DNA of 64,000 nucleotides from Ramazzottius varieornatus (taxonomy: Eukaryota > Animalia > Tardigrada), in NCBI GenBank assembly GCA_001949185.1, contig BDGG01000007.1, positions 507,401-571,400 on the forward strand, written 5' to 3'. The notes below the pieces were generated by a model that saw only the letters and a program-made list of their open reading frames with translations, had not been told where the DNA came from and did no database searches. The number at the start of each line of letters is the position of its first letter. The first letter of the stretch is position 1. Shown one piece after another: positions 40,246 to 53,081 of this stretch. The position numbers and the translations under genes were made by a program.

Positions 40246-43220
40246 ATGCCTCCTCTTAGGTTTTCAGGTGAAATCGTGAAGAAGCTGACGTTCTTGTACG
40301 GAAACGTCAATGGCATCAGAAGCAAAAGCGAGGAGACCAAGAGATGGATGGGCGAGAAGAAGGCGGATATCTTCGCGTTGGTCGAAACTTGGGCAGACAA
40401 CTCTACCCCTGATTGTTTGATTGCTGACCCTGAACATTACAATCTCTTCCGGAAGGATCGAGAAGGATGCAAGAAGCAAGCGAGAGGAGGAGTAGCCATC
40501 GCTATCAAGAAGGGGCTACAAGCTGTCAGAATGGAGAGCCTGGAAGTGGACGGTGTGGAGGTGATGTGGATCAAGCTGATTTGCTTGCGTTTGAACGTCC
40601 TGATCGGAGTAGTTTATGCGCCAGCTTATGATGCCCAAGTCTTCTCGAAGCTTCGCACGTCGATGGAGCTCATTCCACCATTCTTACGGCGGAATATTCT
40701 CCTAGTTGGTGACTTCAATTGTCCAAAGATAGTCTGGGATGGCGATACAAGTGGAAAGTCGGAAAAGGGCAGGGATTTGATCCAGTTGAAGAACGAGTTT
40801 AAACTGTGGGAGAAAGTGAAAGGCACCACTCGAAAGCGGGGACGAAGCGAATCATCACTCGACCAGCTCTTCGTTACCCAACTGGGCTTCGTTCGCAACA
40901 CCAGGATCGTTAACCCACCTTCAGCTACATGTGACCATCAAGCCATCGAAACCAAGCTGATGCTTATGACTCCGAACTTCAAGACGAAGCCAAAGCTGGT
41001 GTGGAAAATTGACGGGGAGAATATCAATGTTTTCAAGACTCCACTATCATCGATTGATTGGGGCCAGGTGTTTGATTTGATGTGCAATGTCGATGTTGCC
41101 GTTACTGTTTTTCAGGATAAATTCATCGCTGCTGCGAAGAGTGCTTTTCAGTTGAAGTCTGTCGGAGCCAAGCGTCTTCATCGTCCTTCCCTCTCCGAAA
41201 GAGCTATTGATAGCTTGCGAAGATGTGGAAGTGCCTTTAAGAAATGGAGAAGAACAAGGGATCAAGCAGATTATTCAAGTTGGAAGGAGCTTGAAGTTAG
41301 CAAGAGAAGGATCATCCAGTCTGACAAGCATCGTCGTCTTTATGGCATCGCAAAAGCATCCCGCAGAAATTCCCGAGCAGTCTGGAAACATGTCAAGAAG
41401 AACACCTCCGCTGCATCTGTCCCGCCTATCCCGATACCTGGTCATGATGAGAAGTACATGGTAGATCCGCAAGACAAAGCCGAGTTTATCAGCCAAGAAT
41501 TTTCCAAAGTGTACTCTGCCTGTCCACGCCACTGCCTGCCATCAACCGTTAGCCATGGTGAGCCGATACGCGTTGAGCCCCCAGAGACACCCCACTGCCC
41601 GCCACTTCACTTCACTACCTCGGTGATCTTGAAGCAAATTCAACGCCTAGACTCTGCTAAAGCTGCTGGTTCCTTCCTGATAATCAACCAGCTACTCAAG
41701 ATCGCGGGAACATCCGTAGTATATCCCTTGTCAAGACTGTTCAACCTGATCGTCAGCAAAAGAGAATTCTCCACAGCGTGGAAGCAGGCCGAAGTGGTAC
41801 CAATACCAAAGAAGGGAAGCTCTTCCTTTCGTCCCATCTCCTTTCTACCACCATTATCCAAGCTGTTCGAGAAGATTGTGGCGAGTCATCTGAGTAACTA
41901 TCTTGATAATAATAATCTACTTTCAGATACGCAGTACGGATTCAGAAAGCAGAGGTCGACGGAAATGCAGTTGCTCCATATGGCTCACCAATACTCGCAA
42001 GCCCTCTTACAAAGAGACGAAGAAGACGTGGTTCTTTTGGACTGTTCGAAAGCCTTCGACAAGCTTCCGCACTCGTCCATCGTCACTAGCCTGTCAAGTC
42101 ATGGAGTGAATGGTGAGATGAAAGGTTTGCTGTCTGATTACTTGAAAGGAAGGAGCCAAAGAGTCGTGGTTGAGGGACATTTCTCGTCGGAACAATCTGT
42201 CCCATCTGGTGTGCCGCAGGGTTCAATTCTTGGCCCACTTCTCTTCACCATTGCCGTTAACAGCCTAGCCAAAAGCATCAGTTCCACGGTCATGCAGTAC
42301 GCCGATGACATTGTTCTGTCTCGAACAATCAAGAAACATGAAGACTGCGTTGTCCTCCAGCAAGATCTCCAACGGTTAGAAGCATGGTGTAAAGAAGTCG
42401 GCCTCGGAATCAATCCGGAAAAGTCGCAGCACCTCCGGATCTCGAACAAGCGGGACGAGAGTGTGAAGGTTCCAGGCGAAAACTACGTGATTAGTGGCAA
42501 GAAGATCCCTTTGGTGAATGAAGCAGTTTGCCTCGGCGTAACATTCTCAAGCAAGCTCGAATGGACAGCCCAAGTGGACAAAGTGACGGCCAAGTGCAGG
42601 CAAAGATTGTACGCTGTCAACGCGTTCTTTCCCCAACGATATGGAGCAGTGAAGCAGCTTCTTTACAAGAGCCTCGTAAGAGCAGTCCACGACTATGCCT
42701 CGTCATGCTGGTTCCCTACGACCAAGAGCCTGCAAAGACAGCTGGAATCCATTCAAAAGAAGTTCCTGCAGAACATCCGATTGAGCCGAGCAGACAAAGA
42801 CAGGCACGATCCAGACTTCAAGCGATACCGCCAGCATTTGCAAGAAGTCGCATGGAAGCCACTCTGGCATCGACGCTGTGAAAACCTCCTGGTGAACGTC
42901 TTTTGAATTTGGACTGGTAATTTTGCCAACGGTAATCGTCTGCTGAAGAGCCAAGAACCAAGCCGGAACTTGAAAACAAGGAGGCAAGCCAAAATCCTGA
43001 TGATGCTGCCTGTCTCCACCGCTCCACTGTCATGCAAGCTTCTTGAGTCCACTTCCGGCTCGTTTGCGTACATCGCCGAGGCATTGCTCAAAGATAGCCT
43101 TTTTGTCCATCTGCTCTTCATGTAAATAGCTTGTTGAGTTTTAAGAACTATCTGAGCGGGCTAAACTTCTCGAATTTCATGTGGTGCAAGAACAACGTAG
43201 ATGTACTTCTGCTGGCTTAG
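40246..43220 (+). mobile_element. Near-complete LINE ORF2 (APE endonuclease + reverse transcriptase; CR1/L2/Jockey-group-like), antisense to the host pseudogene
   Basis: 886-aa ORF with APE motifs (YGNVNG, ALVETW, GGVAIAI, VGDFN, SSLDQLF, CDH) and RT motifs (RPISFL, QYGFRK, DCSKAFD, GVPQGSILGPLLF, YADD, LGV). Coding similarity continues past the TGA at 42904-42906 and a frameshift to NSLLSFKNYL...* at ~43220. Confidence 0.95.
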
Positions 43221-46200
43221 ATTTTGAGATTTTAAAAACGAAAAAGTTGGTTGTTTTTGTTTTATATACCCTCTTTTTCTCTGGCGCTCTTGCCGCATTT
43301 TTCGAACTCTGTTCATACAGCGCTTAGCCTGGCTTTGCATCGGAACAGAGTAAAAGGTTATTATTAAACCAGATTGCATCAACAGTTCAACTTTGTTCTT
43401 AGAGTCCCGAAGCTTTAAAGTCGATCCCTGAACAACTTGATCGGCGGTCATTATCCCCAAGATTGGGCTGCCGATAGCCAAATGTACGTACGTAATCGCC
43501 GTTTGTCATATTCAAATTCTCGGCCACGATCTACGAAGATCACTGCCATTGTATAGTGCAAGGCACTGCGTGCTCGATTGGACTTGGCGATCGGCTGTCG
43601 AAGATGGCTTCGAAGATAGTCCTGCTCACGACGAGCTGTGAAAATTGATTGGTTGTTCAAAGCTTAAAAACGTACCCGATTAAATATTTCGAAATTTCAT
43701 TTCTCCGTGGATTTTGGCTTCCACCGTGTTTCACACCGCGATACACCGGTTTTCGCTTCTTGGTGTCTGTTGTCGTCTGGATATTCAAAGATAGAAAGAA
43801 GCCGGATGAAAGTCTGGAGTTACAGCCCAGTCAGGAGGCGAGGTTGACCTATAAACTCACCCCGTGAAACTGGCGCATGTTCGCTCCCGTTTCCGAAATC
43901 AGCGAAAAGTCTGATTTTGTCTTACTCACGACCAATTTCAGAGGTTCAGGCAAATTTGAATTTCAGATCAAACGTTTACGACATAAGCAGCCCGGCGTGA
44001 GCAGGATTATTATTTGAAGAAACGGTAGTTACCAAGAGGTTCCGCAACGTGTCCGATCGGCCAAAGTAGAAGCACACTGTGAAAATTCGTCGTTCACCAT
44101 CAGTCAGAAGGGTCCGCAGTCGTTTGTACTACGTACCTTCTTTCCTCTGCTCGACTTTCTGAACAATGCGGGGGTCTCACTGTGACTACTTGCAGTATAC
44201 GAAGTTATCGAAGCAAAGTTAACCTGTATGCTGGAGTGCAGGTCCAGGATGTTTTTCATTTGGTATGCACTATCGACGAAGTATGGGTTGCTGCCACGAT
44301 CCAGCAGTATACATACGTGGGTTCAAGCGTACATTTTAATAAGATTGCGGTAAAAATGGGCGAACGGTACAAAAGAGATGATAGAAGTCGAAATCCACGG
44401 CGAGTGACGGAGCTTATGGCGAGCAGACGAAGATACACTAATATTAACTTATGAAACTTTAGTGAGAAGCGGCTGTTACACTCACTGGGCTTATCTCTCG
44501 GCCTAGACAAAAGTCGCCAGCAATTACAGACCGGTGGCTCTGCATCACCCACTAACTAATAATGCGACTTGCGGAGCCGCTGCCCAGACAATCGTTGGCC
44601 GAGACTTTTTTCCAGGCCGTAACATGAGCCTAGTGCCTGTACGTGCTGGATACGTACCTAGATATGATCAGAATACCCCATTGTGTGGCCAATCTCACGA
44701 GTTGCGGTGTTTCGGTGCAGCCTGAAATATTACCAGTTCTCTTGGACTGGTCTACAGTATGGATTCTCTCGGAGACGCATTTCGGTCCCATAGAACAACA
44801 CAGTACACCAGACACGTTACCGGGCATAACGATCGCCGTGAGTTGAAGTGGAGAGGAGCGTATCGTTAGGCCGTAATATTTGAAAGCCACAAGATCGTCC
44901 ACTCTGGCTTCCCAGTCGGCGCAAGTACGAACCACTGGGTCAAAGATAGTGAACTGTGTAATGTTCAGCGAGGGAAATCGCCGACGGATCTGTAGCAGGG
45001 CTTTGTCAAAGGCGGGTCCGTATAGACATAGCCACCGAGCAAGGTGGGCGGAAAGATTGCAGGGGTCAAAAGGTTGATCTATAGGATCGATCGGCCGATT
45101 TGAGATTGTGAAACAGTTTGTCCGATCAAAAGTACCCAAGTAAATATTTTCATATTGGAAGCTGAAACTTCATAAAACTGAACACGCTCGCAAAGGGTCC
45201 GTTAGAAGTCTAACGAAACCAGACCAATACGAGTTCACACTTCCTATCGCTCGTAAAATGTGTAGATAACCAAGAACTCGGAGTACGGAGGCCTTCGAAC
45301 ATTAGCAATCACAAGATCGTAGTACGTCACCAGCTAGTTAAGGGTTGATGTACTACCCAGAAACCGCAGCATAACATTGCATGCTCTTTGGTGCATTCCC
45401 GTCAGGATGTGATTATTTTTTGTCAATACCACTTACCACGGAAGTTCGATCTTCGAATTCTTGTTTGCAAGACGTTTTTTGTGGAAATTATCAACTTGAG
45501 TTTCCATAAAAACGGTCTGTGGCTGTCCTAAGCAGCTCCTTTCCGGATGCTTTATCTCTAATAATTCGCTTTTTATCGATAATGTCACTTACTATCGGCA
45601 GCTTCGCCTGTGGGAATTCACACACGAGAAGTCATGTTTCCACCTCCCGTTGGAGGAGAATTGACTGATCTGATCCGGTTTAATTTCGAAAACCATTTAG
45701 CCTGTCGCTCAGTCTAGATACGGTATGCGCTTTTCCATAATGTACGACTGCAATACCCTTGAATTTCAAAAAGCGTTCGTTCTCGAAGTTTATGGTAGTT
45801 AGGATAGACTCCGGCGTCACAGTCTTCAAAGTACGTCTGGAAGATCAGCGATCTAGTCAACAACTTAACTAGTCACAATTGATAAAACACGTTCTTTTTT
45901 CGAAGTGTTAGATTCAGTTCTGTGTAGAATCCTCTTCGGTTGATCATCATCTTGCTGTCATAAGCGAAATCTGTTGCTCTCTTCGGTGCCTGTTACGACT
46001 TGCGACAGCACGTCCGGGCTTAGGATCCACCACGGGTTTAGCAGTTGACTTCGATGACTGACTGACCTAGGGGTCGAAAAGATCGTTCTTCGCGTGGAAA
46101 AAACAGCAACAATTGTCGTTCATAGGTGTTTTTATTATTAACAGGTTTTTCAGTATGAAATTGCCGTTTTCAGGTCGAAGTTCGGCTGATGTTCAACTTT

Positions 46201-46620
46201 CACAACACGGTCTGCTTGTTTTTCTACAAACAAACTTCTCTCGAAGCGTTAGAAAGCAGACGTAGAAACTATTTCAGAGTGGTAATGACACGTTTCTAAC
46301 CACGGTCTCTTCGCGAATATTTCCTCGCCCGATCAGCTACACCATTGCACCAGCGTTAGGCTTATTTTGCAGCAAAGACTTTGCGCTACGCAAGGATGTA
46401 GGAAGTTTTCGTTCTCTTCGGTCGTATCGTGTATGAACATACAGAGCGACGGTTTATAATTTGGTGAATGGGTCAGGGTGCCCTCACTTTGGAGAATCGT
46501 CTCCCGCCCGGGCTTGCATCATGAGGTAGAGAAATGTCTCCGCTGACGCAGATGACTTTTTGGAGCACTTTTTCCCATCTCACAGTTTTCCAAACAAGAT
46601 TTGTTTCACAGTTTTCAAAA

Positions 46621-49600
46621 TTACGCCATAAACTTTAACGGTTCCAGCATTGACCGGGGAGCTTTTGTATGCTCGAAAGAACGACGACACCGCACACTAG
46701 GTTTAGCAGAGAAGAGAGAATCAAGATTCCTCTTCTGAGCAAAGATACAAGTTTTTGAAATGGGCGTTCGCAAAACGGCAATTCCATTCTGAAGGACCTG
46801 GTAACATACCGTTGAATGACAGTTAACAGCCCGCAGACTACAAGTGAAGTAAGGGCTATTGTTGTTCCGTAAGTAATGGCGTTATCAACTTCTGTAGAAG
46901 CACCCAGTGTCGACCGTACTACGTCTTTTATCCATTTAGCACAAAGAAGAATCCCATATAACACACCTGCCGCTCTACATCCTAACCCATCAAATCCGCA
47001 GGCTGGTCGGTTCGGAACCGGCCACGCTTCAGAAGGCCAGACGATGCTGCTGACTTGCTTCAGACTGAAGTCGGTTGTGTTTTGCGCAACCACAGTCTGC
47101 AGAAACAGCTATTAGCGAATGCTGTACAATCAGTAGACCATCAGTTGTAAGAGAGTTACGTGAAATGCGGAAGTGACCGTATTTAGCTGTCGAAGCACCA
47201 GTTTGGTTATCCGGTCGCCGTTTCCGTCTATCCAGAGGCCCCCAGTTCTTGGGTAGAAGGTTCTGTTGAGAAACCTCCTGGCTAAGTCTCTTCCACTCAA
47301 ACGATTGCTGCAGTTCTCTGAGTAAGCTTCATTGACGACCTATCAATGGCCAATGGAAACGTGTGTTAATTTTACTGACGAAACATCAATGGTTGAAGGT
47401 AGCGGAGTTGTCAACGCGAAATTGCATGGCGAAGCTGCTGTATAATGACTGAGGTTAGCTAGTTTCCGTCAATCGTAATGCTAGGGTAGGTTCAAGCGGA
47501 TATCTCCTCTACGGTCTACCCATCGTCGTATTATACGTCACCATACCTGAGCGAATATCGTCACTGCGGCGTAGGAGCTCGCTGGGTGTGGAGAAATCTG
47601 TCAGGAGAAAGTGAACTTGTTACTGAGAGGTTACGACTTCGGTCCTTCAGATTTTACCATCTCGTTCGACTTGTAGGAGTAACCGTACACAGTCGCCGAC
47701 TGGTTACGCCATAAGTCTCCCAGCAAGGTCAGTTCGTTGTTATTTCTCTTCTCGTCGTCCATCTCCAAAAGAAGTAGAGAACGGAAAGCACTGCGGGCAG
47801 TCTGTAACATCTTTTATCATTAAGACGCAATAAAAATAGCAACAAAGCCGCACAATCCTGCATACTCACATTGTCCAGTGAATCACCATAGTTCCAGCTA
47901 AAATTTCCCAAAGAGGCGTGCCGGAAGGGCGTTACCGCTATGTATACCTGCAAGTTTTGCCGGTTATCACAAAGCTTGCGTTTTAATAAAGCATGCACCA
48001 CTTACACAGTTCTAGCAGTGCCTATCCATTAATAGTCTCCCAGCTGTATATCACGGTAATATCGAAGGACGGTCCGATCCGTAATTGAAAGAAATGTAGG
48101 AAAAACCTCGGCCTACTCACCATATCACCCTGGCTATGGGTGAGCACGCATCACAGATGCGATGCGCGGAGGCGACGTCGCCATCGAAAGTGGGGCTATG
48201 CATTTGTGCAACAAACGGACAGCTAGCGCACGCATTACGTCAGTGAAACGAGTTATAACTCAAGCTAGCGCTAGTATTGGTACCTTCTCGTGTCAAGTCC
48301 CGCAGCCGCACATCTTGAATAGCCCCACTTTACGTCTGTTATATGTGACACACACAGATGATCGTAGAAGTACTTCCGGTTTGCCCTCGTCGTCCAGCGT
48401 AAAATGGACGACGTTGGGCATCGTCAGCCTGTAATTGTTCCCATATCAAGGGTCACATTTGATAACATGGACAAGAGATTGCTCTCTGTACTGTAGACAA
48501 CGTACACGGAAATTGGTTGTGGGAACTCAAGCAAACAAAACTAAAAAACTGGAGCAAAATCCTCATCAAAAAACAGTAGGAAAACGGATGACCTCAGGAG
48601 TTGCGGCTGAGAGCGTCTTTCAGGCTGAGAGCGTCTTTTTCAGGCTGTGTGTGTCAAGTGAATAATGCGGCCTATAGTGCGGGTTCTCGAAATTTACGCC
48701 ACTTCTCGCTCCCCAAATCCCATCTATACCACGCTACAGAAAATGGAAGGAGACATGGAACACACAACATAAGACTGTGAACCAATCGGAACTCTGTCGA
48801 GACCTGTCAGCAGCTTGGCCTTGTTGCTGTGTCATACAAAAGATGATGCTGATTTAGCCGTTGATTGACTGGGACCTTTTAGCACACTAATGAATAGGCA
48901 CTGGTTTTTGGCCCAACTTCACACCGTAATACCCATGAGCATACAATGCTGGCACTTACGAATTCTCCGTTCGTCATGTTCATCTCAGCAGCCACCACCT
49001 TAAGGGAAGCTGGTTTTTAACAAGTCGTTGTGTATGCAGTAAGCGATATCGCTCTCATAGTATTGATCGCACGCATTACATTGACCAAAATGATCGCTAA
49101 GTCTTTTAGACACCACCCACCAGAAGACTGCGTAGCGTATCCGAATGTCCGAAATACAAACACACTGTAAAACAACGCTGATCAAGCCTGATTCAATCTT
49201 CTTTACCATCCGGAATCACTAGCAGGTACATTGAGCCAGTTAACAGGGGACCCAGCTTGTTCAGATACGACTCAATGTTCAGTCTTGCAGCACTTCGGAT
49301 CGAGCTGGAGTGTTCAGCTCAATCGATTCTCACCTCGGCTGAACTTGCTGAACAAAGACAAAATATTGATGTAGTTCCGTTCGGAGTTTGGCCTCATGGA
49401 TATGAAGTCAAGCTGTACGTTCTGACGCTGCGCGAGATCTATTTTAACTTGGTTTGCGAGATTGCCGAAAAAAGGATTGCTGGCAAGGTCTGATAAAATA
49501 AACACTGTGGTCCACGAGAACATCCGAAGAAGGTTCCGATAGAAAGGCATGAAAGGCGCGAAGGAAGTTACGGAAGTAATAATCCAGGTTGGGCCGCTCG

Positions 49601-50331
49601 CTTTGTCACGAGTAATGGAGAAAGAACTGAAAACAAGTAAGCTCAAGTTTAGTTACTGCGAAAAGGATGTCTGACCTGCGTGACCTTGCTGCGACACCAT
49701 CCAGCAGAAAGCCACGCTAACCCCGTAGCAAAAACGTTTCGGGTGTGAGAAATACGCAAAAAAATTGAATAAATACCTGGAGATAATCAGTACATCCCAC
49801 TGTGTAGCCATTTTGACAAGTTGTGGAACCTCCGTACAACCTAGCGAGAACTTTTTACTTTAACTGAACTACATATTGTCATGATTTTACAGTACTATGA
49901 GCGTCAGTCAACCACAGCTAGTGTTTCACGCTGGTCTGGGGTCAAAATACAACGATTCCAAGGACAATGTTTTTGATGCTTTCCGTACCGGGTGTGATGA
50001 TGGCAGTAAGCTGACGGGAAGATGCGCTGCCTAAGAGGGAGTAATATTTTGCTGATACAAGATCGTCTACTCTGGCTTCCCAATCGCCACAAGAACGGAC
50101 TGTTGGATCGTAGATGAGGTACTGGGTAACATTCATCAGTGGATATTGGTTATGAATGTCCGTTAAGGCCGTGTCGAAAGCAGGTCCCGTATAGACGTAA
50201 CCTCCGATCAAAACCGGCGGGTAGATTGTGGGGGTTAAAATGCTGACGGTCAACTTTGGTGAGTAACTTATGCAGCACGCAATGAACCAATAGCTCCAAA
50301 CTATCCACACATATATCCTTCTGTCAGCCAT
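46621..50331 (-). CDS. ANF/natriuretic-peptide-receptor-like single-pass protein with no visible kinase-homology or cyclase domain (copy 2)
   Basis: Signal peptide MADRRIYVWIVWSYWFIACC, then GPAFDTAL, GCTEVPQLVKMATQWDVLII, FSWTTVFIL, YFGHSDTLRSLL, AAEMNMTNGEF|VYIAV, ARSAFRSLLLL, FLNRTF...IDGNGDR and WPVPNRPACGFDG. TM AITYGTTIALTSLVVCGLLTVIQ and a short tail. The C-terminal exon is uncertain. Confidence 0.78.
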
Positions 50332-53081
50332 TTTCTCAGGTCAGTTGGCGAAGGTCTGGCAGGCTACAACCCTATACCGTTGTCGATCCCGTCCGTGTGT
50401 GTACACTATCAGCTCACGAGCCACGCTTTACTTAGCTCAGTGGATCCTACTTACTCGTTTGCCTAGATGATGGTCACGGGCAAGCAGACAGAGGAGATCA
50501 CTAAGCTGCGTGTCCTGTGACGTGCACCGTTGCTCATTGGGTGCGATCCATCATGGTATTATTTTTACGATGAAGAAATGAACGGCTCGAACCACAGACA
50601 AAAGCACTTCTTGCTGGATGCTCTGGTGTGAAATCCGATTACGGCTCACAAGGTGTCGGGTGGATCGAGGCAGCAGGCTGTTATGCAGGTTCTCAATGTT
50701 GATGCACTAGTAACGTGACCCAATTGGTGTGATTAAAGTGCTCATTTTTGCTTCCAATCGATGTTGCGATTGTGTTACTTTCCAGTTTCAACGCTGTGGT
50801 AAACTTTCTCTTAACGTTTCGCATTCAATCTTATTTGATGACCAAGTAAACATGTTTTTGCGTCAGCGGTTAGGTAAGCAGAAATCACAGGAAGTGCGCT
50901 AGAGAAGAAGAGATCTAAGAGCGACAACTTACGTCTCATTTCAGGTGATAAATCCGTCAATTTGCCTCGTATGTTCAAACGGAGGCGTATGTACAAACGG
51001 AGACTAACTTCACGCTTCTAATTTTCTAATCTTCTTGTTTTGACGGAATGCACGATTATCTTCAGTACGGGTGATCGGTCTTTGAGACTTGCATTGATTT
51101 GGCTGGAAGTGTCCGGTTTCGTCGAAAAAAAGGACGCACGCATGGATTAACAGGGAGCAGTTATTGGCATTATTAGGCTGTACCGCATGTTACGTTTACA
51201 ATTCCCTACAGTGCATGCGCTACTGTAGGTGCAGCTTAACGTGGTATGGCAAAGTAGGCCTTCGTCACAAGCGATGATCGATGTCTGATCTTTTTCCGAT
51301 ACGCGGATAGGTTAACTATTCATAAGCATTTAAAATAATTTTTTCAAGTATGAGTTTTAGATGGGGTTAATGGGCAGAGAGTAGTGGTCAGACAACCAAT
51401 CCAGCGAGCGCAACTTCACCACGCTTTTCTGGGTACTCAGCAGTGGCCATCGTCCACCGGGACCATTTTGCGCTCGTTCGCAAAAGCTCATTCGCGTTTT
51501 TGCTGCGTCGATGATAGCGCTCCGTAGCCAGGCTCATCGGCAAGCAAAGTTTTTAAAAGTTTTTTTTTTCACCCACCCTACAATTTCTTAGTTTTGCGTA
51601 TGTTACACATTCTATCTGATATTGCCTCTGTATGGTAAAATCGTTCATCATCAGTAAAGGGCTTTGCAGGCCTCTCAAAGCTGAGCAAGCGCGTACTCTC
51701 AACGGTGTGCAAGCTGGAACTTGGCGGGTCTCCACAAAAGGCGCACGGGATCGTTATCCATTAATAAAGTATAGAGGTTTTCAAATCGATTATTTGGCTT
51801 TACAGTCAAGCTCACGGGTCATGGCCACCCCTAGCCCTGTTCAATCTGGTTACTTATATGTCCCGAACACCATTTTTGAGAAGTACCCTTTAGCAGATAT
51901 CGTGAACTCTTTGAGCTCGTGACAGTCAGGTCGACTTTTCAATCAATTATCCGGTGAGCTCCAGTGGTATGGACAAGGAAGTGAAGGTTTCTTGGTTTCT
52001 GTTCCCGTCCCGTCATAGGCTTATGGGATTGCCCAGACCGCCGGCATGTAGCAAGAACACTCTTTTTCAGAGATCCAAGAGATCTTTGGCAAAATTTTAT
52101 GTAAAGTTTCCTCGTATGGGGTTTGATTTACCGTCTACTTTTGACGTTTTTTATCGATGAGAAAACTCCCGCTTGGCATACCTTCCGTTGTTCTCTTCCG
52201 ACATCTGTGAAAAAAAGTTACACAAATGATACACAGTTTGTTCTCTAGAACGCTTTTACTTTGTCCTGTATGGTCCACAAGTGAGGGAGAAGATGAATGA
52301 TTGATCAAGTTCGTTCAGAAAAGTCGGCTGTAAAGTTCGAGAAACTTTCGCAAAACAGTTTTGCCGAAGATCCTTTTGGTCTGTAAGGTAGAGCGATAAT
52401 CGTGCTACATTCTATCCGTTTGGACATTTCCATGAACCTGTCACGGGACAGGAAATGGACAGCGGGAAATAACGCCGATTTTCTTGTTAAAGCCAGCGGT
52501 TCTCACCGGTTGATTTATTGGAAAGTCGACCGGACTTTCACGTGATCAAGAAGGTCAAGGTATCTCCTACAGGATACTCTTCAAATTACGAAACTTGGAC
52601 AGCGGGTTCAGGAAATACAAGGAAGCAAAGCAGGGCTCAGTTAGGGGTGGCCATGACACGCGAGCCTGGACATTCGGGTGGTCGTTGTTTAATCAAAACA
52701 AAAGAGCCCAGTCTCTCCAGCTAACCGAGAACACACAATCAGGAGTCCATCTCACCAAAATCTGCTTGCGCGATACCGGCTCTTGCGGAAATTCAACATA
52801 TAAGGGTTTTCAAATCAAAGACCGTTCAAGAAATATGCGTAGTGACACCTTGCGAAATAAACTTGACAAGTCTATAAAAACTAGTTCGTTCCCAGCGTTG
52901 TATGCGTTGTATACAGGTAAGTTTCAAATCCGCCAACGGACCACAGACTAAACGGTAGCGTGGCTACGACAAAAAAGTTAGCAAGCCAAAGATTTACATA
53001 TATAGTTTATTGCAAAAACCCTCGGGGACTTAGCAAAAGCTTGAGTAAATAGTAGGACAATAACATAAAAATGACGTGTTG

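Larger units (their letters stand above)
36715..45153 (-). pseudogene. ANF/natriuretic-peptide-receptor-like ectodomain+TM pseudogene (copy 1), with a LINE in an intron
   Basis: Exon-by-exon paralogue of 46621-50331: GPAFDKAL, CTETPQLVRLATQWGILII, CFYFGRSDTLRNLL, YIAITPFRH, ARKAFQS, FLNKTF...DEHGDR, RPACGF, TM, PWWHLP. Lesions are a TAG at 45079-45081, a 1-nt deletion near 45018 and W->TGA at 44323-44325. Confidence 0.8.

Noticed and set aside
42904-42906. TGA readthrough or selenocysteine in the LINE ORF
   Set aside because: A frameshift follows ~190 nt later, so ordinary decay is the simpler explanation.
48605-48646. Short tandem duplication gctgagagcgtcttt(tt)cag
   Set aside because: Simple slippage duplication in an intron with no further structure.
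50400-53000. Short ORFs between the receptor and the Ly6-like gene
   Set aside because: No recognisable homology or consistent exon chain.
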